Assembly: GCA_023515725.1 (NCBI GenBank) | Contig: JALDTO010000181.1 | Location: forward strand, 62,001-126,000 | Length of the DNA stretch: 64,000 bases | DNA from: Amoeboaphelidium protococcarum X5 | Taxonomy: Eukaryota > Fungi > Aphelidiomycota | Direction: 5' to 3' | Shown: positions 1-14,141 of the stretch, in pieces | How positions within the stretch are numbered: position 1 is the stretch's first letter | Layout of the letters: every line of letters starts with the position of its first letter | Notes under the pieces: generated by a model | What the model was told of the DNA's origin: nothing | What the model saw: only the letters and a program-made list of their open reading frames with translations | Database searches by the model: none | Position numbers and translations under genes: made by a program

Positions 1-139
1 TTCTAAAAAGATGGACCAACTTTGTGATTAGTGAATAATAAAAGAGGAGAAAGAGTCACACGATGATAAAGACAAAACTAGATATAGATAGAGTTAGTAA
101 AAGTCTATAATGAATTACACATAAGAAATACAAAAGTGA

Positions 140-664
140 TCACGACGATTATGTATGAGAAAGTAATTTGAGCCGAAAAGCATCACCGCCATTCAGATAG
201 TACTTGTATAATCGTTTGGCACGAATGAATCCAAACTTTTAATACAAATTTATGGCACCCTTATTGTCAACCTCAGTCTCGAGTACAATTTCATCCACTT
301 TGAACTCAGTCTCCATCCTGCTAATAACAAGATCGACAAGCCTTGACGCGATCCCCATCTTTCGATATCGCTCATCCACTGCCAGCATCCCAATGTATCC
401 ACGCAACGTATTGTTGGATCGCTAGTCAACTTTACCAACTATACACGCGATTATACTATTCTAATGCACTGCGACATATGTAAGACTGGGGAAGTTCATA
501 GTAAAGTATCGATACGTGTATATACAATACGGCTCAGAGAGATCCTTCTCAATCAGACTTATAATAGCATCCAACTCATGCTCGCCTTCATACTGCCTAT
601 ACACTATCTCTTTCAATCCATCATCCGCCAACTAGACGCGTTAATCAGCATCTTGATTAAACAT
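140..664 (-). CDS. MAK3: N-terminal acetyltransferase C catalytic subunit (NAA30/Mak3)
   Basis: 174-aa ORF with TAR=Gln containing IEKDLSEPYCIYTYRYF, RGYIGMLAVDERYRKMGIA, IVLETEVDNKGAINLYQKFGF and YYLNGGDAFRLKL; ends in TGA. Confidence 0.93.
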
Positions 665-908
665 TACGATTGAGTGAAACAGCGAGATCACCGATAAGGC
701 TAAAGATTCTAATTGAACTAAAGAACGTTTTATCAAAGGCGATTAAAGCGACAACAGCCTCGCAACGGGAAAAGAGTCAACACGATCAACTGAAGTGAAA
801 CTGTTTCGTGAGATGAACGCGAAACTATTCATTTTATTCCGCAAGTCCCGAGAGAGAAGAACTACAGTGCTCTAATATCTCAGTACTATTGACCATAAAG
901 GTATCATT

Positions 909-2075
909 ATGGGAATTCAAGGTCTTACCAAAGTTATTGGTGATCATGCACCGAATGCGCTAAAGACTAATTAGATATCGTCATATTTTGGCAGGAAGGT
1001 TGCTATCGATGCATCCATGTCAATCTATCAGTTCCTCATTGCTGTCAGGAGTGAAGGCAACCAGCTGATGAATGAATCTGGTGAAACTACTAGTCATCTG
1101 ATGGGCATCTTCTACCGTACTCTTCGCATGATTGATAATGGAATTAAACCGGTGTACGTATTCGATGGTAAACCACCAACACTGAAGAGCGGTGAGTTGG
1201 CGAAACGATTGGAACGGCGCAAGGAAGCTCAGAGTGGGCTGGAGGCTGCGTAAGAGAGTGGCTCAGCGGAGGCTATGGAAAAGTTTCAGCGTAGAACTGT
1301 AAAAGTATCCAAGTAGCATAATGATGAGTGCAAGAAACTATTGAAGCTGATGGGCATCCCCTATGTGGAGAGTCCGTGTGAGGCTGAGGCTTAATGTGCA
1401 GCCATGGCTAAAGCTGGTATAGTTTATGCGGCAGGAAGTGAAGATATGGATACGCTAACTTTCTAGACACCTGTGCTGTTGAGACATTTGACATTTAGTG
1501 AGTAGAGAAAAGAGCCAATCATCGAGATTCATCTAGACGAAGTGCTATCTGGCTTAGATTTCACTCTGGACCAGTTTGTTGACTTGTGTATTCTCCTCGG
1601 ATGTGATTATTGTGATTCTATCAAAGGTATTGGTCCAAAGAGAGCTGTGGATCTTATCAAAGAGCACAAGTGTATTGAGAATGTACTAGAACATTTGGAT
1701 TCCGACAAGTATCCTATACCCGAAGATTGGCCATACAAGGACGCGCGTAAACTATTTCTCAACCCAGATGTTACTGATCCTAAAGATATTGATCTTAAAT
1801 GGGAGGCTCCTAATGAGGAAGAATTGATCAAGTTTATGGTACATGAAAACCAGTTTAATGAAGACAGAATAAGATCTGGGTTGAAGCGTTTGTAGAAGGC
1901 ACGCTCCACAACTACCCAAGGGCGATTAGATGGATTCTTCGGCAAGCAGTTGAAGTCCGAGCCATCCGTCAATCCGGCCAAGAAGTCCAAAGAGAATATG
2001 TCTAGTAATGGTAAGAAGCGTAAGAATGACGGTGCCCCCGCTCAAAACCAAAAGAAGAGAGGTGGAAAACGCTGA
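909..2075 (+). CDS. FEN1: Flap endonuclease 1 (FEN1/Rad27)
   Basis: 388-aa intronless ORF with [33 protein letters not shown] (Q=TAA), LLGCDYC and a C-terminal PIP box QGRLDGFF. Confidence 0.97.
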
Positions 2076-2326
2076 TTTTAATCTGAAATGGCATCTAACT
2101 TCAATTTCTTGGCCGCGACTTTCATTTTCACTGAATGACTTTGTTTCAAAATGATTCTGAAATGGCGCGCGTTCTCTCTCTCGCTCTCTTTTAGTCGAAA
2201 CGGACGATTTTTCTCCCATCGTAACTCTCTCTTCTGTTTCACTCGCTTGCTATAATTAGTTCTTGATACTTTACTGTCCATAATTATTTTGTTTGTTTAC
2301 GAGTTTACTGCTTTTCTTTACATAAC

Positions 2327-4999
2327 ATGGAATTCTGCTCTACTGGATTAAATTTGAAGTAGAGGGATTAGTTGAGTGAACTTTGCTAGCGGATTGAGAA
2401 ATGTTCAATTAGTACTAATCTGACCACGTCCACGACGCATTTAGTTTGTGGATGCACCGATTCATAAAAGTATCGTGTTGCAGTTGATCGCAGGATTACA
2501 CTAATTAGTCATGAATTCTTTGATTACTGCGCTGAAACTTTCAATGATGAATAAAAGATCACTCTATTGGATCTGAAGAAAGTTATCACCAAGTTCAATA
2601 TGAAACCGTTTGATGGCCTAATTATTTGCGTTACTGGAATATCGGAAACGGACAGAAATAATATTGAACATTTGGTGGTTGGCAATGGTGGATAATTTAG
2701 TAAAAATTTGACTCTTTAGTGTACTCATCTAGTATCTGCTGATCCTAAAAGTAAAAAGCATTTGAGTGCGCTTGAGCACGGAATCTTTGTAGTAAGTCCG
2801 CAGTGGATATAAGCTTGTCTGTCTGCTGGTGGTCGACTACTAGAATCTGACTATCCACCATCTGATTTAGAATCTGACGATAAAGTGTTCCCTGGACTGA
2901 ATTTTTTACTAATGCCGGGTTTTACCAAGATGTAGATTGATGCTCTAACTTCTATTGTGACACAGTGCGGTGGTTTTATAAGCACGGATGCAAGATAGAA
3001 TCCAGATTATGTATTATGCTCGTAGAAAGAAATTGATTAGTCTCATATAAAGTGGCAATCAGGGGAAGCTGTACATTATTCATTCGTAGTTTAATGTCAA
3101 AAATAGAATATGCTACTTAATCCCGCCATATTCCGTGTTAAAGTCGTAGATTTGAATATCGAGAATGTTGATATATAGTAACAGTCTGCAATAGTTGTAG
3201 AAAATTCAAGATCCAACAACAATTATAATAGCTCTTTGATTTTAAAAAAGAAGCCAGTAACGTCGGTGCAAGAGTTGTCGCAGCTATTTGGAATGGGTGA
3301 TGGCACTTCTTCGCAGCAGTCTATCTAATCTAGTCGCGTTAATAGTTCATAACGCTAGTCTGTTGGCTCCTAAAGCGGATTTAAAGACTTAAAATCGGCT
3401 CTCAAATTGCAGAGAGTCAATTCATTCTCCAAGGTGAGTGAAGAAAAGACAGAATCCTCTCAAAGTTAAACTAAGATATTTGCTGGATTGTCATTTACTA
3501 TTGAAGGCTTCACTGAAAAGTAATAGCTTGTTCTTCGAAAAGCTATTGAATCGAGTAAGGGTAACATATCGGACTCTGCAGATTATTTGGTGTGCCCTTA
3601 TACTGCTACTGCGCGTAAAGATTGCTCATAATAACCACCATCTATAGTCACTGAGTTGTGGATTGAGGCTTGTTTGGATTCACAGAAATTGCTGTCTCCT
3701 CATTCGTTCCCTTTATATAATCTACTCTCAATCTCTTTTCCAATGTAAGAACTGAAAGACGTCTAGATCAGTATTTCTGGATTTGATGGCTTGAAGAGAG
3801 TTCATCTAATAAAGCTGATTAAACATTTGGGGGCTTAAGCTAATGAAAAGTTTTCAAAAAATGTTCACTACTTATTGTGCGCTTAGAAAGATGGTATCAA
3901 GTATGAGAAGGCTTTGGAGTGGAACATACCTGTTGTCGATGAAGTCTGGTTGATAAACATAGCTAATACCGGGATTGTACAGCATTAATCTAGTAGTTTA
4001 GACTCGTAATTTAAGCCTGCGTTCAGTTCTTCCGAGCTTAAGCATTAGGCTATATCAATTCCATGTAAAAGCGATCGAAAGAATAGAGCTGAATATGAAA
4101 TCAAGGAGCAGGTACAGGAAGATATCGACAACGTTTACCCATAGAATATATCACATCAGGATATGGAAGATCCCAAGCCGGAATTGGCGGTTGATACTAG
4201 TCAGAAATCGAATTAGGTTTTAAGCGGAGTATTGGTCTCTATCAGTTCGAAGTTAATTTACAAAGAGTCACTTATCAAAAACTTGTGTCGATAGCTGGGA
4301 GCTTAATATCTGGGCCAAGGTTTCTCACCGGTTTGCACTCATTTCATTCATCAGTCTAGCAGGCGCAATGAAACTTTCAAGGATTTCAAGCTGGCCACTA
4401 AGTAAGGGAAATTTATAGTGTCACCTCTGTGGTTATAAGAATGTCTACAGCGCAAGTTACGCGTCAAAGAGTCCAGCTTTCCTCATAGTTGCAGTCAATC
4501 TTCTCTCCGATTAGAACTTGAACGTGTGCAGAGTTCACCGTCTGCAAAGATTCAAGCTCTCTCTTTCAAGGCGTCTCCGCTCCCCAATAATAATGCAAGT
4601 AGTATGTAAAGTAAGCTATCTGTTTCAACTCACAGTAGTATTGAGTCCGAGACTGTTGAGGTACTATAGTCATAAACAGAGACAAAGGTTAAATCATCTC
4701 TAGAAGTCCCATAGTTTGGAAAGTTATCATTGCCATTGCGACTGACGAGCACTATATCGCATTAACAAGCGCCTGCATCTTGCGAAAACTTGGATGAATT
4801 TGAGCTTGGAAGTTAGCTATATATTCCAAGACGTCTATAAGAATCAGAACAAATCATCGGCACTCCACAATAACAACGAAAAAGGTTAATGAATGAGATT
4901 GGTGATGCTGATGAGATTACTTATGGCTAGCAGAATCGTGAACTGGGCTCTGAAGAAGATGTCACTGATCAAGTGCCTGTCCATAAACGCGTCAAATGA
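2327..4999 (+). CDS. Multi-BRCT replication/checkpoint protein, Dpb11/Rad4(Cut5)/TopBP1-like
   Basis: 890-aa ORF with several BRCT repeats (MEFCSTGL..THLV..KY, ICVTGISETDR..THLV, ISISGFDGLKR..HYLLC..KYEKALEWNIPVV..W, CTHFIHQ..IVSPLWL). Confidence 0.8.
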
Positions 5000-5739
5000 T
5001 GATTGTTTACGAGTTCATATGTGCATTAGATTCATCTCACATATATGTCTTCGTTTTATCCACTTGTTTTAGCCTATGTAAATTGAAGAGTTCAAGCAAA
5101 TATACGCAGCTAATATCTAAAATGTTTACAATCAGCCGAAACTGTTAATGGAACTTTATTCCCGGAACATGTTAAAACTTCAGGTAAAAGTACGCGCTAA
5201 TATCTGGTGCCAATTCAACATTTAAAAGATCGATTATCAAAGGGAAGCTCGTTGCTATATGTTTGAATTCGACTCTGATCAAATCGTATTCTCTTACCAT
5301 TGTGGTGTCTCTTTGCTAACTTTATCCGGATAAAATCTTAACAAAACAAGAAATGCATGGTGACTAAACAAAACTTTTCAGGCTAATAACCACGCGGCTT
5401 GATATACTCACTCCTGTATAAGAAGCGATCGGATATGATCATATCATCAATCTCAAATCAACGCCTCAATTCTCTCCGGTTATCTCATTTGAATCTCAAC
5501 TCGTTCGTTTTTTCGTTCATTCATGGAGAGAAGTGAGAGCGCGTGCTCTTTTGTTTGACGTTTTCACCTCGGCGACACTTCTTCGCTCGTTCATCGTTCT
5601 CTTTGCTCTGCTTCACGGCTGGCTGTTCTGTCTCATACAAGTTGTTGGTCGCAGCTATCTCCTACATTACACGAATTTCGTGTTTAATAGCTACCGGTTT
5701 TATAACTGTCTGCTCTGTGACCAATCTGCCTGTATCGAA

Positions 5740-7996
5740 ATGCAATAGAGCAAGGAACTGTTGGATAAAGAGCTCCTGCTCTAGAAATGCAATAGACACG
5801 AAACATTAGGCACTAATTACGAGGTGGTCTGTGTGATTTCAGATTTTAATAGAAGCGATGACTACTGGCATCCAGCTATAGTAATTGTTTTATATTCATA
5901 CTCGTGTAATATTTGCTAATTATATTCTCATATGGTAGGTGGTGCCTCGTGCTGACGTGGATGAAACGATGCCTCAACCTCTTCAGTTGGAGCAAGTCGT
6001 TGTCAGGATGTTTGGCTCCTAGGAGTAGTAAGAATACCTTTTTTGGTGTCAAATCATTATATGGACCCTAATCGCTATCATCTTAAAGTGTAGTTAATTA
6101 CATACTGCTGAAGAGTTGGTGAAATTCTCCGGCACTGAGGAGCCGTATCTCTCATTTAAAGACCAGATCCCTCGTTTGTGTCAAGTGCGCGACGTCCGTA
6201 TGGCTTTGGATTTCTTACGCCGCGGCAAGATTCCTCAGTATTTCAAGTGGCGGAAATGGTTGGAGGCTTCTTCTTCTTCTTAATCTTAATTGTCTCAGTC
6301 TTCGGTATCGTTGCCTACTTATGAAAGCGTTTAGGGGGGCTTTACTTTGGAAGAGAAGCGAAACAAGATTCTCCCTGGCGATTTCTATCCAGGATCCTGC
6401 TCTGCTGAAAATCTTAGTGTCAATAACAGTAATAATAATAACATTACCATCTCTTCATAAGAAAATTGCTAATAAGGAGATGAAGTCAGCGTAAATTCTC
6501 AAGCTAAATCTCGTCCGTCTAGTTAGAATGGACACGATCATAAAGTCACGTTTGGTGAATTTTGTAAAGTGTTGCAGTCATGTCCTGAGATCTAGTAATA
6601 CCGTCCTAGTAACAGTTTCGGTGGTGACTCTGCTATTCACATGAATAATGCTGATTAGGAAGAGTCATAGAAAAGTGTCGACCTGAAGTTTCTTTATAGG
6701 CTCTTCATGGTGGTCAATTCTCTCGGAGGATATTAATCTATTTGTGACAATGCTCTGTGGCCGATGGTGGTTGATGAGTTTCCAGAGCTGGATGAGGAAC
6801 GTGTTCAATTTCTGTATGATTGCAACATTCTGCCAGTATTGTCCAAGCTCTCACCTCCCTCCACTGGACCTAATAGAAAAGTATCCAGATTTGGGCGTGT
6901 CATTGAAAAAAAGCGTATTATCGAGGCGGATCTGGATGAATTTGATGATTATGAAGAACCTGTGGAGGATGTACGCGTCACTAAACCATAGAAAGCTTAG
7001 CGTATATCTAGTATTTAAACAGCTCCATCTACCTAATCCACCACATCCACTATTAGAGGTAGTGCGGCTAATTTGAAAGAGGATGAACAACTGTCCGATT
7101 TGGATTTTGACAGAATCAATTTGGAGAATATCGAAGAAGTGAGATTGAAATTAAAAGCAATGCAGGCCGCTCAAAATAGTACAAGGTATGAGAATGATTT
7201 TGGTTATGGTGTGGATTACTTGGTGCCACCTGAAGAAGCCGAGCATTATGATGTGAAAATGTTAGAGTGCCTGTTGAGAAAACGTCCACGCGCATCTTCA
7301 ATGACCAGCAGAGTTTCATAGTGCGAAAGTGAACCTAATCTGCAGAAGAAACGTAAGGCTCCCACTAATAGAGGTAGTGTTAATGTTTATGGAACTTCGC
7401 AATCATCTCTGAATCGCCCAAGACGCAAAGTTAGAGAAAGTTCTCAGTAATTGGAGTCTGAGAATTCAGATTATGATGCACAATCTGATATGGATGATTG
7501 TTCCGTTGTGATGGATCGTTTTTGTGAGTTTTTAGAGCCTATTGAGGTGACCGTGTAGAAGGAGCGTGAATTGGAAATGTTTTTGTCAGGCCTAGGGACT
7601 GTTGATTATGATGTTAAATTAAGTGATGAGCCTCTGCATCAGGTTATCCCCGTTGTTGGTGTTTATCAATTGCAAATGTTGGCTTTGAAGTAGAAATTCT
7701 TTGAGATGAAGTAGTCGATGACTTGTATTCAGCGAGAAATTATGGATATGAAGAAGACTAAGAAGAAAATCCTGTAAAATAAATGCAACACCATGAACTT
7801 GTCTGAATACGCTGGTCTCAATTCGCAAGATGGCTTTGTGCATTTGAATTCGCCAAAGTCTGCGTCATCTGATAAAATTAGTGCCATGGACTGCAATCAG
7901 AATAAAAAGCCACAACCACCATTTATATCTGTTGATTTTGGAGAATACGATCCTTTTAGTCATCCATCCGCTGGCGGAATATCAGCTGTTGTTTGA
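5740..7996 (+). CDS. ARID-domain chromatin protein with N-terminal PWWP/Tudor-like region (ARID4-like)
   Basis: join(5740..5880,5939..6027,6094..7996). Two GT-AG introns with CTAAT branch points restore the frame. Contains YWHPAIVVP and an ARID-like segment LFMVVNSLGGYQSICDNALWPMVVDEF..LYDCNILP. Confidence 0.7.
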
Positions 7997-8213
7997 AGTT
8001 AATATTATTGTTGCGTGTAATAGGATTTTGTGAATACTGAATGTTGATTTTTTGAGTGTTAATGCTGTCTAATTGCATGATGTGTCCGCATGACTAGCGA
8101 CTATCAGACGACTTTTATTATATCAGTCAGCCATTGATCTTTTTCATGGTAACTTTAAACACTTGTTTCAACTATTGACAAATCAAAAGTATTAAATCTT
8201 TCTGAACGCGTTG

Positions 8214-8828
8214 ATGAATTTAGCATATCAACCAGTGTATGATCCTACTGGAAAGAAGTTGGCCGCCAGCCGCAATGTTCCTGTTAACAAGCCATCATTC
8301 GCTAAGCAGGTGAAATATACGGCGTAGTATGGAAAGGCTTTATACGCGCGTCCACCATGGCGCACAGTTTCTATGGTAGTGTGGATAATATTCGGTGGAT
8401 GGTTGTTATTTTTGGCATATGCCATGGCAGGATTGCTACTGATGCTCTCTATAATATTCATTCCATTCGGCGTATAAGCATTCCGCCTGGCCATATTCGC
8501 TTTCAATCCAATCGGAAAAGAGAATTACATACCGGATGCATTTGTGCCAAGTTAAGCCCCAGAACTCTGGTTCAAAGACAGTCTGAACAATCCACACAGC
8601 CCCGTTACCATTGCCGCTAATGTGATTTGGCTCTTGCTATTCGGATGGATTATATTTCTTGGACACGCTCTACTCGTAGCTACATTCTTCATCTCCATCA
8701 TCGGTATTCCTCTGGCACTGAAACACACCAAGTTGGCCTTGTTCGCTCTCTGGCCATTCGGTCAATAAGTGAGATATGAGCCATTACCAGAGTGGCCTAA
8801 TCCGCCAGTCACTATACCTATCGTATGA
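8214..8828 (+). CDS. Stand-alone YccF (DUF307)-like membrane protein with two repeats
   Basis: 204 aa with VWIIFGGWLLFL..SIIFIPFGVQAFRLAIFAFNPIG and NVIWLLLFGWIIFLGH..SIIGIPLALKHTKLALFALWPFG. Confidence 0.8.
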
Positions 8829-9095
8829 AAATATAAAAAGGAGAAAGAGAGAGAGAGTTTTAAGTAAATATATACAATTAGCATTCTATATACATTCTAG
8901 ATTTGACAGATTCTCTACGAGATGGTTCACTTTTCAATAGATGAAACCTGAAACGTTTCAGCCTTTGACGCGTTAACTTTTCTTTTCGCGTTTCATTGTT
9001 TTGGCCGTTCATTCTCTGAGCCTCAGCCATCCACAAATAGCTCTTGCCGCGGACTTTGTTAATACTGTACTGTCAACACATTCTGATAGATAAAT

Positions 9096-10901
9096 ATGAC
9101 ACGTTCAGTGTTGGTCAGAGATTCTCAAGATTTTAGTCATTTGATTAACAAGGATGATAATATTGCCACCAGGAATAAAACAATGAAGGAGCGGTTCAGC
9201 GTCTTTCAACTGTCTTAGATCGGGGAAGAGTAGTAGTAACAGTAGCAATAGAAGTAGTTGAGGGGAGAACTTCCTCTAATGCCGTCTAGTCAATAAGGTG
9301 CTCTGCCTCAGTTCTAGATTAATGAGTCTTAGATATCTCAAATTGATAATCTATCCAGTAGTCAGTAGCATAATATCGTATCCAGCCCTGTGATTCAAGA
9401 TGCTGTCTTTCCTGTTAAAGTTGCTCCAGCTACTGTGGATGTAGGACATGACACTGCTAATTCTACCTGTATAAATTAGCTGGATTATATGTCCACTGAA
9501 TACACTGTTAATGTCCACAATTAGGCTGTGTTGAGTAATAATAAATCTGTTCCAGTGCTCTAGATGCATTAGAATGTTTAATCTCAGTCAGTCACTCCTA
9601 GTCATAAAAAGTTGTCGAACTAGTCCAATACCTCTTAACTTACGCGCTCAGCTCCCTCTGCCAAAGGTGAATATAAAGGCTTGAGGCCCTCTCATACTGC
9701 TATTACTGGCTAGTCTTTTGATGCTAAGAAGATTGGAGATATTGTTTGGATTACGCAGACTGACTAGATTAATCCGTATCTTGTATACGGTATAATGAGT
9801 GATCAGGTTGAGATACGCCTACCAAATGGCTAATACGCTCAAGTGCCACTCACTCAATGTGTTGATGTACAGCTTAATGTTGGAGATGTGGTAATGGTGT
9901 CCATCGGCGATAATGACGGAGAACAGTTGCAAAAGTCTTTTATTGCTGGTATTGGTCAGCATTAGTAGTACCTGGTGCACATTGAAGATAGATTTTAATT
10001 TGTCAGTTGGCGAATGATCTCTGTTAATACCAAGATGTTAGACCTTAATCGAACCAAGTAGCAATTACTTATATCTGATAAGCCACAATATGTTCCTTCT
10101 ACATTACAGGTTGAATGTTTAAAGGTTCTAGAAATAGAAGAAGATTTGACTCCCAGTAAGAGACTGCGGTCATAGAGTTAGAAGCCTTAGATATTCAAAG
10201 GACTTTAGTTTCTTATCACCGGTATGAATGAGGAAGAAGTTTAACATATAAGTTAATCAATCAATCAGCGTGGTGGCCAAGTTATTGAGCTGGACGATGT
10301 TTTCAACACGTAAGATTATTCTTCTTACAACGATTTTGAGTTGAGTTGTAAGAACATTATTCTACTCTCGCATAAAGCACTGCGAACTATGAAGTATGTG
10401 GTGGCTCTGGCTTTTAACATTGATAAAGTCAGTGGTCGGTGGATTGACTGTTGCACGTAATGTGATAGGCTTGTGGATAGGAAACAGTATCTACTCCCTA
10501 CTGGCGAAATCGATGGTGATTATATGAGTTATTCTTTTTTATAGTAGAGACTCTTTGAGGGAATTCGTATTCAATGTTTTGGATTATCTACAGTAAGTTA
10601 TTATGATCAAGGTTGGAAATTGATTTTAACGCACCAGGGCGCCACTATTACAAATTGCTAGGATGGCGATGATAATTAGGCTGTGAAAGTGTTGTTCGAC
10701 AATCAAAGCTAGAAGCGTCTACCCGCCTATGATCAACTAGTGTCTAAAGATTGGATTATTGAAAGTCTTATAGCTGGATGTATTTTGCCAAAGGATAATT
10801 ATCTTGTTACTTTGAGCATGGATGGTAACCTTCAAGAGAGTTCTAAGAATTCGCGCCCAGCTCATACTCCCGTCTCTAAAAGGACAAGACTCAAAAAATG
10901 A
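9096..10901 (+). CDS. Rad9/Crb2/53BP1-like checkpoint mediator (tandem Tudor plus BRCT)
   Basis: 601 aa. SQ-rich N-terminus, Tudor-like IGDIVW..LNVGDVV, and BRCT IFKGLQFLITG..RTMKYVVALA..WIDCC..YLLPTG. Confidence 0.72.
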
Positions 10902-10957
10902 TATTACGTGATATAAATAATATGTTGCCATGATCTAAAGAAGTTTCCAATTAATAT

Positions 10958-12526
10958 TCATTTCATTACAGGCATGTTCAAATGACCGCCAGAGCTCTTA
11001 CTTTCATGCGACGGCTCTTTCCACGACTGCGTGACGGTTTTTGTCTAAGTGTAAAACTATACTCCCTCCTTGCCATAAAAGTGTACATCACCGCGGATAG
11101 AGTTTCTACTGCCTGTAAAGGAGAAGAATGGCAATGGTACGGGGATTGCAACGTTAATTCCTATCTATCCCACGTCAGTTTCATGCTAAAACTTTCTAGC
11201 AGAGTGCCCGCTGGTGGTAAACAGAGCACAGCCATTGCCATATGGATTCTTGTTCACAATTTCAATAGCCTCGTCCAGAGTGTCCACCTTAATTATGCTA
11301 AGCACAGGTCCGAACACTTCCTCCTTATAGCAAGACATTTCAGGCTTGACATTAGACAACACCGTGGGAGCCAGGAAATTGCCCTTCTTGTACTTTTCAG
11401 GAATATCCTTAGGATTTCTTCCATCCAACAATAGCTCAGCACCCTCTTGCACAGATGAGCCAATAATATTCTCTGCACGCTACTTGGCCTACTGCGTTAT
11501 CATTGGACCAAGATCAGCATCCTTCTCGAAGCCGCCTGTAACTTTCAACTCCTTTGCCTTCTGCAGAACACGTTCGATAAGAGCATCAGATTTAGGACCG
11601 ACAAATATAGCCACAGATAGAGCCATACATCTCTACCCGGCTGCACCAAACGCTGCGCCAACCAGCTGATCTACAGCTTGAGGATCAGCATCATCCATCA
11701 CCACACCGTGATTCTTAGCTCCAAGATTACACTAGGCACGTTTACCATTGGCGGTGGCACGAGCATAAATATGTTTGCCTGCTGCATCACCACCTACAAA
11801 AGACACAGCCTTAATGTTGGCATCATCGCACAAAAAATTGACCGTATCAACTGCTCCGTGCACAACATTCAACACTCCCTTAGGAACTCCAGCTTCCTGA
11901 GCTAACTTGGCCAGAATCATCATGGCACCGGGATCCTTATCACTAGGCTTTATAATGGAAGTATTTCCACATGCAATAGACAGCGGGAACATCCATAATG
12001 GAATCATCGCCGGAAAATTAAATGGGCATATACCAGCTGTAACTCCTAAGGGCTAGCGAAATGTGTAAGTATCCATATTGGCAGACACCTAATGAGAGTA
12101 CTCACCCATACTCAGCGTTGGAATAGCACATGCATGCTCAACCACCTGCAAACCTCTAAACACATCACCGCGCGCATCCTGGAAAGTCTTACCTTGTTCA
12201 GTAGTAATAGACTCTGCAATCTTGTCCGTATTCTCTCGCACTAGCAGTTAAAGATCTAGCATCACTCGCTACCTTGTCAACACTGTAGTATCCTTCCATT
12301 ACTTGAATGCTGACTATGCAACCTCAGACGCATACTTTAACTCTTACGGTGTAGCCTCGGGAACCAATGTCACCAGTTCTTATGTGGCAGGATTGATCAC
12401 CTTTATCCATTTGTCAGTCTGCGAGTCGATAAATTCTCCATTGATGAACAACTTAGTCTTGTGCGGAGTAGCAGACTTTACCGAACCACTAGCGAACATT
12501 CTCTTACTAACAATCTGTCTCAACAT
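10958..12526 (-). CDS. ALDH6A1: Methylmalonate-semialdehyde dehydrogenase, mitochondrial
   Basis: 522 aa with [40 protein letters not shown] and NPYGNG; N-terminus resembles a presequence. Confidence 0.95.
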
Positions 12527-13374
12527 GATTTTTTATTAGTATTAGCTGACCAAATAATTAAAAAATGGAAATAACTTATCGCAGGTCGGAAGTGTGTCGT
12601 CGGCTCAGTGGGAAACAATCTGAACGGCGTCAACAACGAAATTCGCTGATCAATTTAACGCAATAGACGCCGTGGGATCGTAATCTATTCAAAATCTTCA
12701 ATTTACTTGAATGCTTTTTAATCATATATTTCGCGATAAGTATAAAAGGATTTGACTTCATTAATGCAGTGCCTAATATATACTATTGGAAGTACAGTAC
12801 GTAGAAGAGCGCGTTTCGCGCCATGGATTCATGTTTCAAGTCGATCAAAATTCCTAAGCTACACACTAGACACATACATTATCGTATCATGGAATATATT
12901 TTAATAATTAAGCTATAGTTTTATCATGAACATCGCAAAACAATATGCTACATCAATACAGTGCTAGTAAACTGCCGATGCACCAGTACTCGCATGCTCA
13001 TTTAAATAAAGTTATCTTGACGTGTGTAGTCAGTCACACCACTAAATCGCTAAAAATGAAGTTCGATGTTTGCAGCTCATCAATCGCTTCTTCACCTATT
13101 TTGCGCAACTCAGACCCGAGTTGTTTACTGCAGTTATCACGTCCGTCAATGCAAATTATTTTTTTCTTCCAAAGGGAGGAATTCGCCCATAAATTGCAAT
13201 TTGGGTAATCGATATACACTGCAGACATTGGTAGAGAACATTTACCGCCTGATTATAGTACGCGCAATTTTGACGCGTATTTTCCGGAGATTAGTGCCAC
13301 GTCTTCCTAACTCTATTAATGTCAAAATCGCAGTAGAAATTTGAGCAATGATTCTTTTATTTCAATTAGTTCAT

Positions 13375-13920
13375 TCAATGTATTATTGCAACTGGCGTGT
13401 CAACTTTCCACGCGTTTCTTCCATGATTTATGCTGTTTTAACTCACTGCTACTACTTTGTTTACATACTTTGCAATGGATAATGGTATTTTAATGCAATA
13501 AACTTGAGAGTCTTGTTAACATTAAGGTTCATCTTCAGCCACTTACACGGATACTATTTGAGTGCTGTTAGTATAGATAAAGTGATATATACTCCAACAG
13601 AGAACAAGGCCGCAAATGACGAAGATTACAGAGGAGATTAGGACTGTGGAAAGATGGATATCTTCAAAAGCTGCCATCTTCCATAATGTAGAGTTTTTGG
13701 CACCTATACAAGACTGAGACATCACGCTGTCTTCACACTCAGTCTCACTCTCATCATCATCAGTAGAATCGCCTGTTTGAGCAGCATCCGTGAATGGCGC
13801 GCCATTTACATCAGTTTCAAGTCTTGTTTCACTTTCATAATCAAATTCATCACTGACGCGCTCCCACTATCCTTGGTCCATATTGTGAATTTCTAGCTTT
13901 GCGATTTGAGAGACTGTCAT
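13375..13920 (-). CDS. Hypothetical single-pass membrane protein with acidic N-terminus
   Basis: 181-aa ATG-to-TGA ORF with one hydrophobic span (VLISSVIFVICGLVLCWSIY); no recognisable domain. Confidence 0.45.
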
Positions 13921-14141
13921 TAAAACAAAAATTGGCGCTGTTATTTACATCAGAAGAGAAGTCGGCATCATGACTAATCGCATCATGTACGCACTCTGAT
14001 GAGGTAGGCGAGCATCAAGACGGCGATTCTATCAAGATTCTAACTGGTTCAGTTCAAGAAAATGTAAAACAAAGAGAAATAAGAATATGAAAGCATTTGG
14101 AATGAAGTACAATATATAAAATAATTTCATTCATTATTAAA

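Noticed and set aside
12945-13344. Short ORFs on both strands
   Set aside because: No recognisable motifs and no consistent gene model.
13995-14030. Hammerhead ribozyme core CTGATGAG
   Set aside because: No stem II followed by GAAA and no stems I/III.
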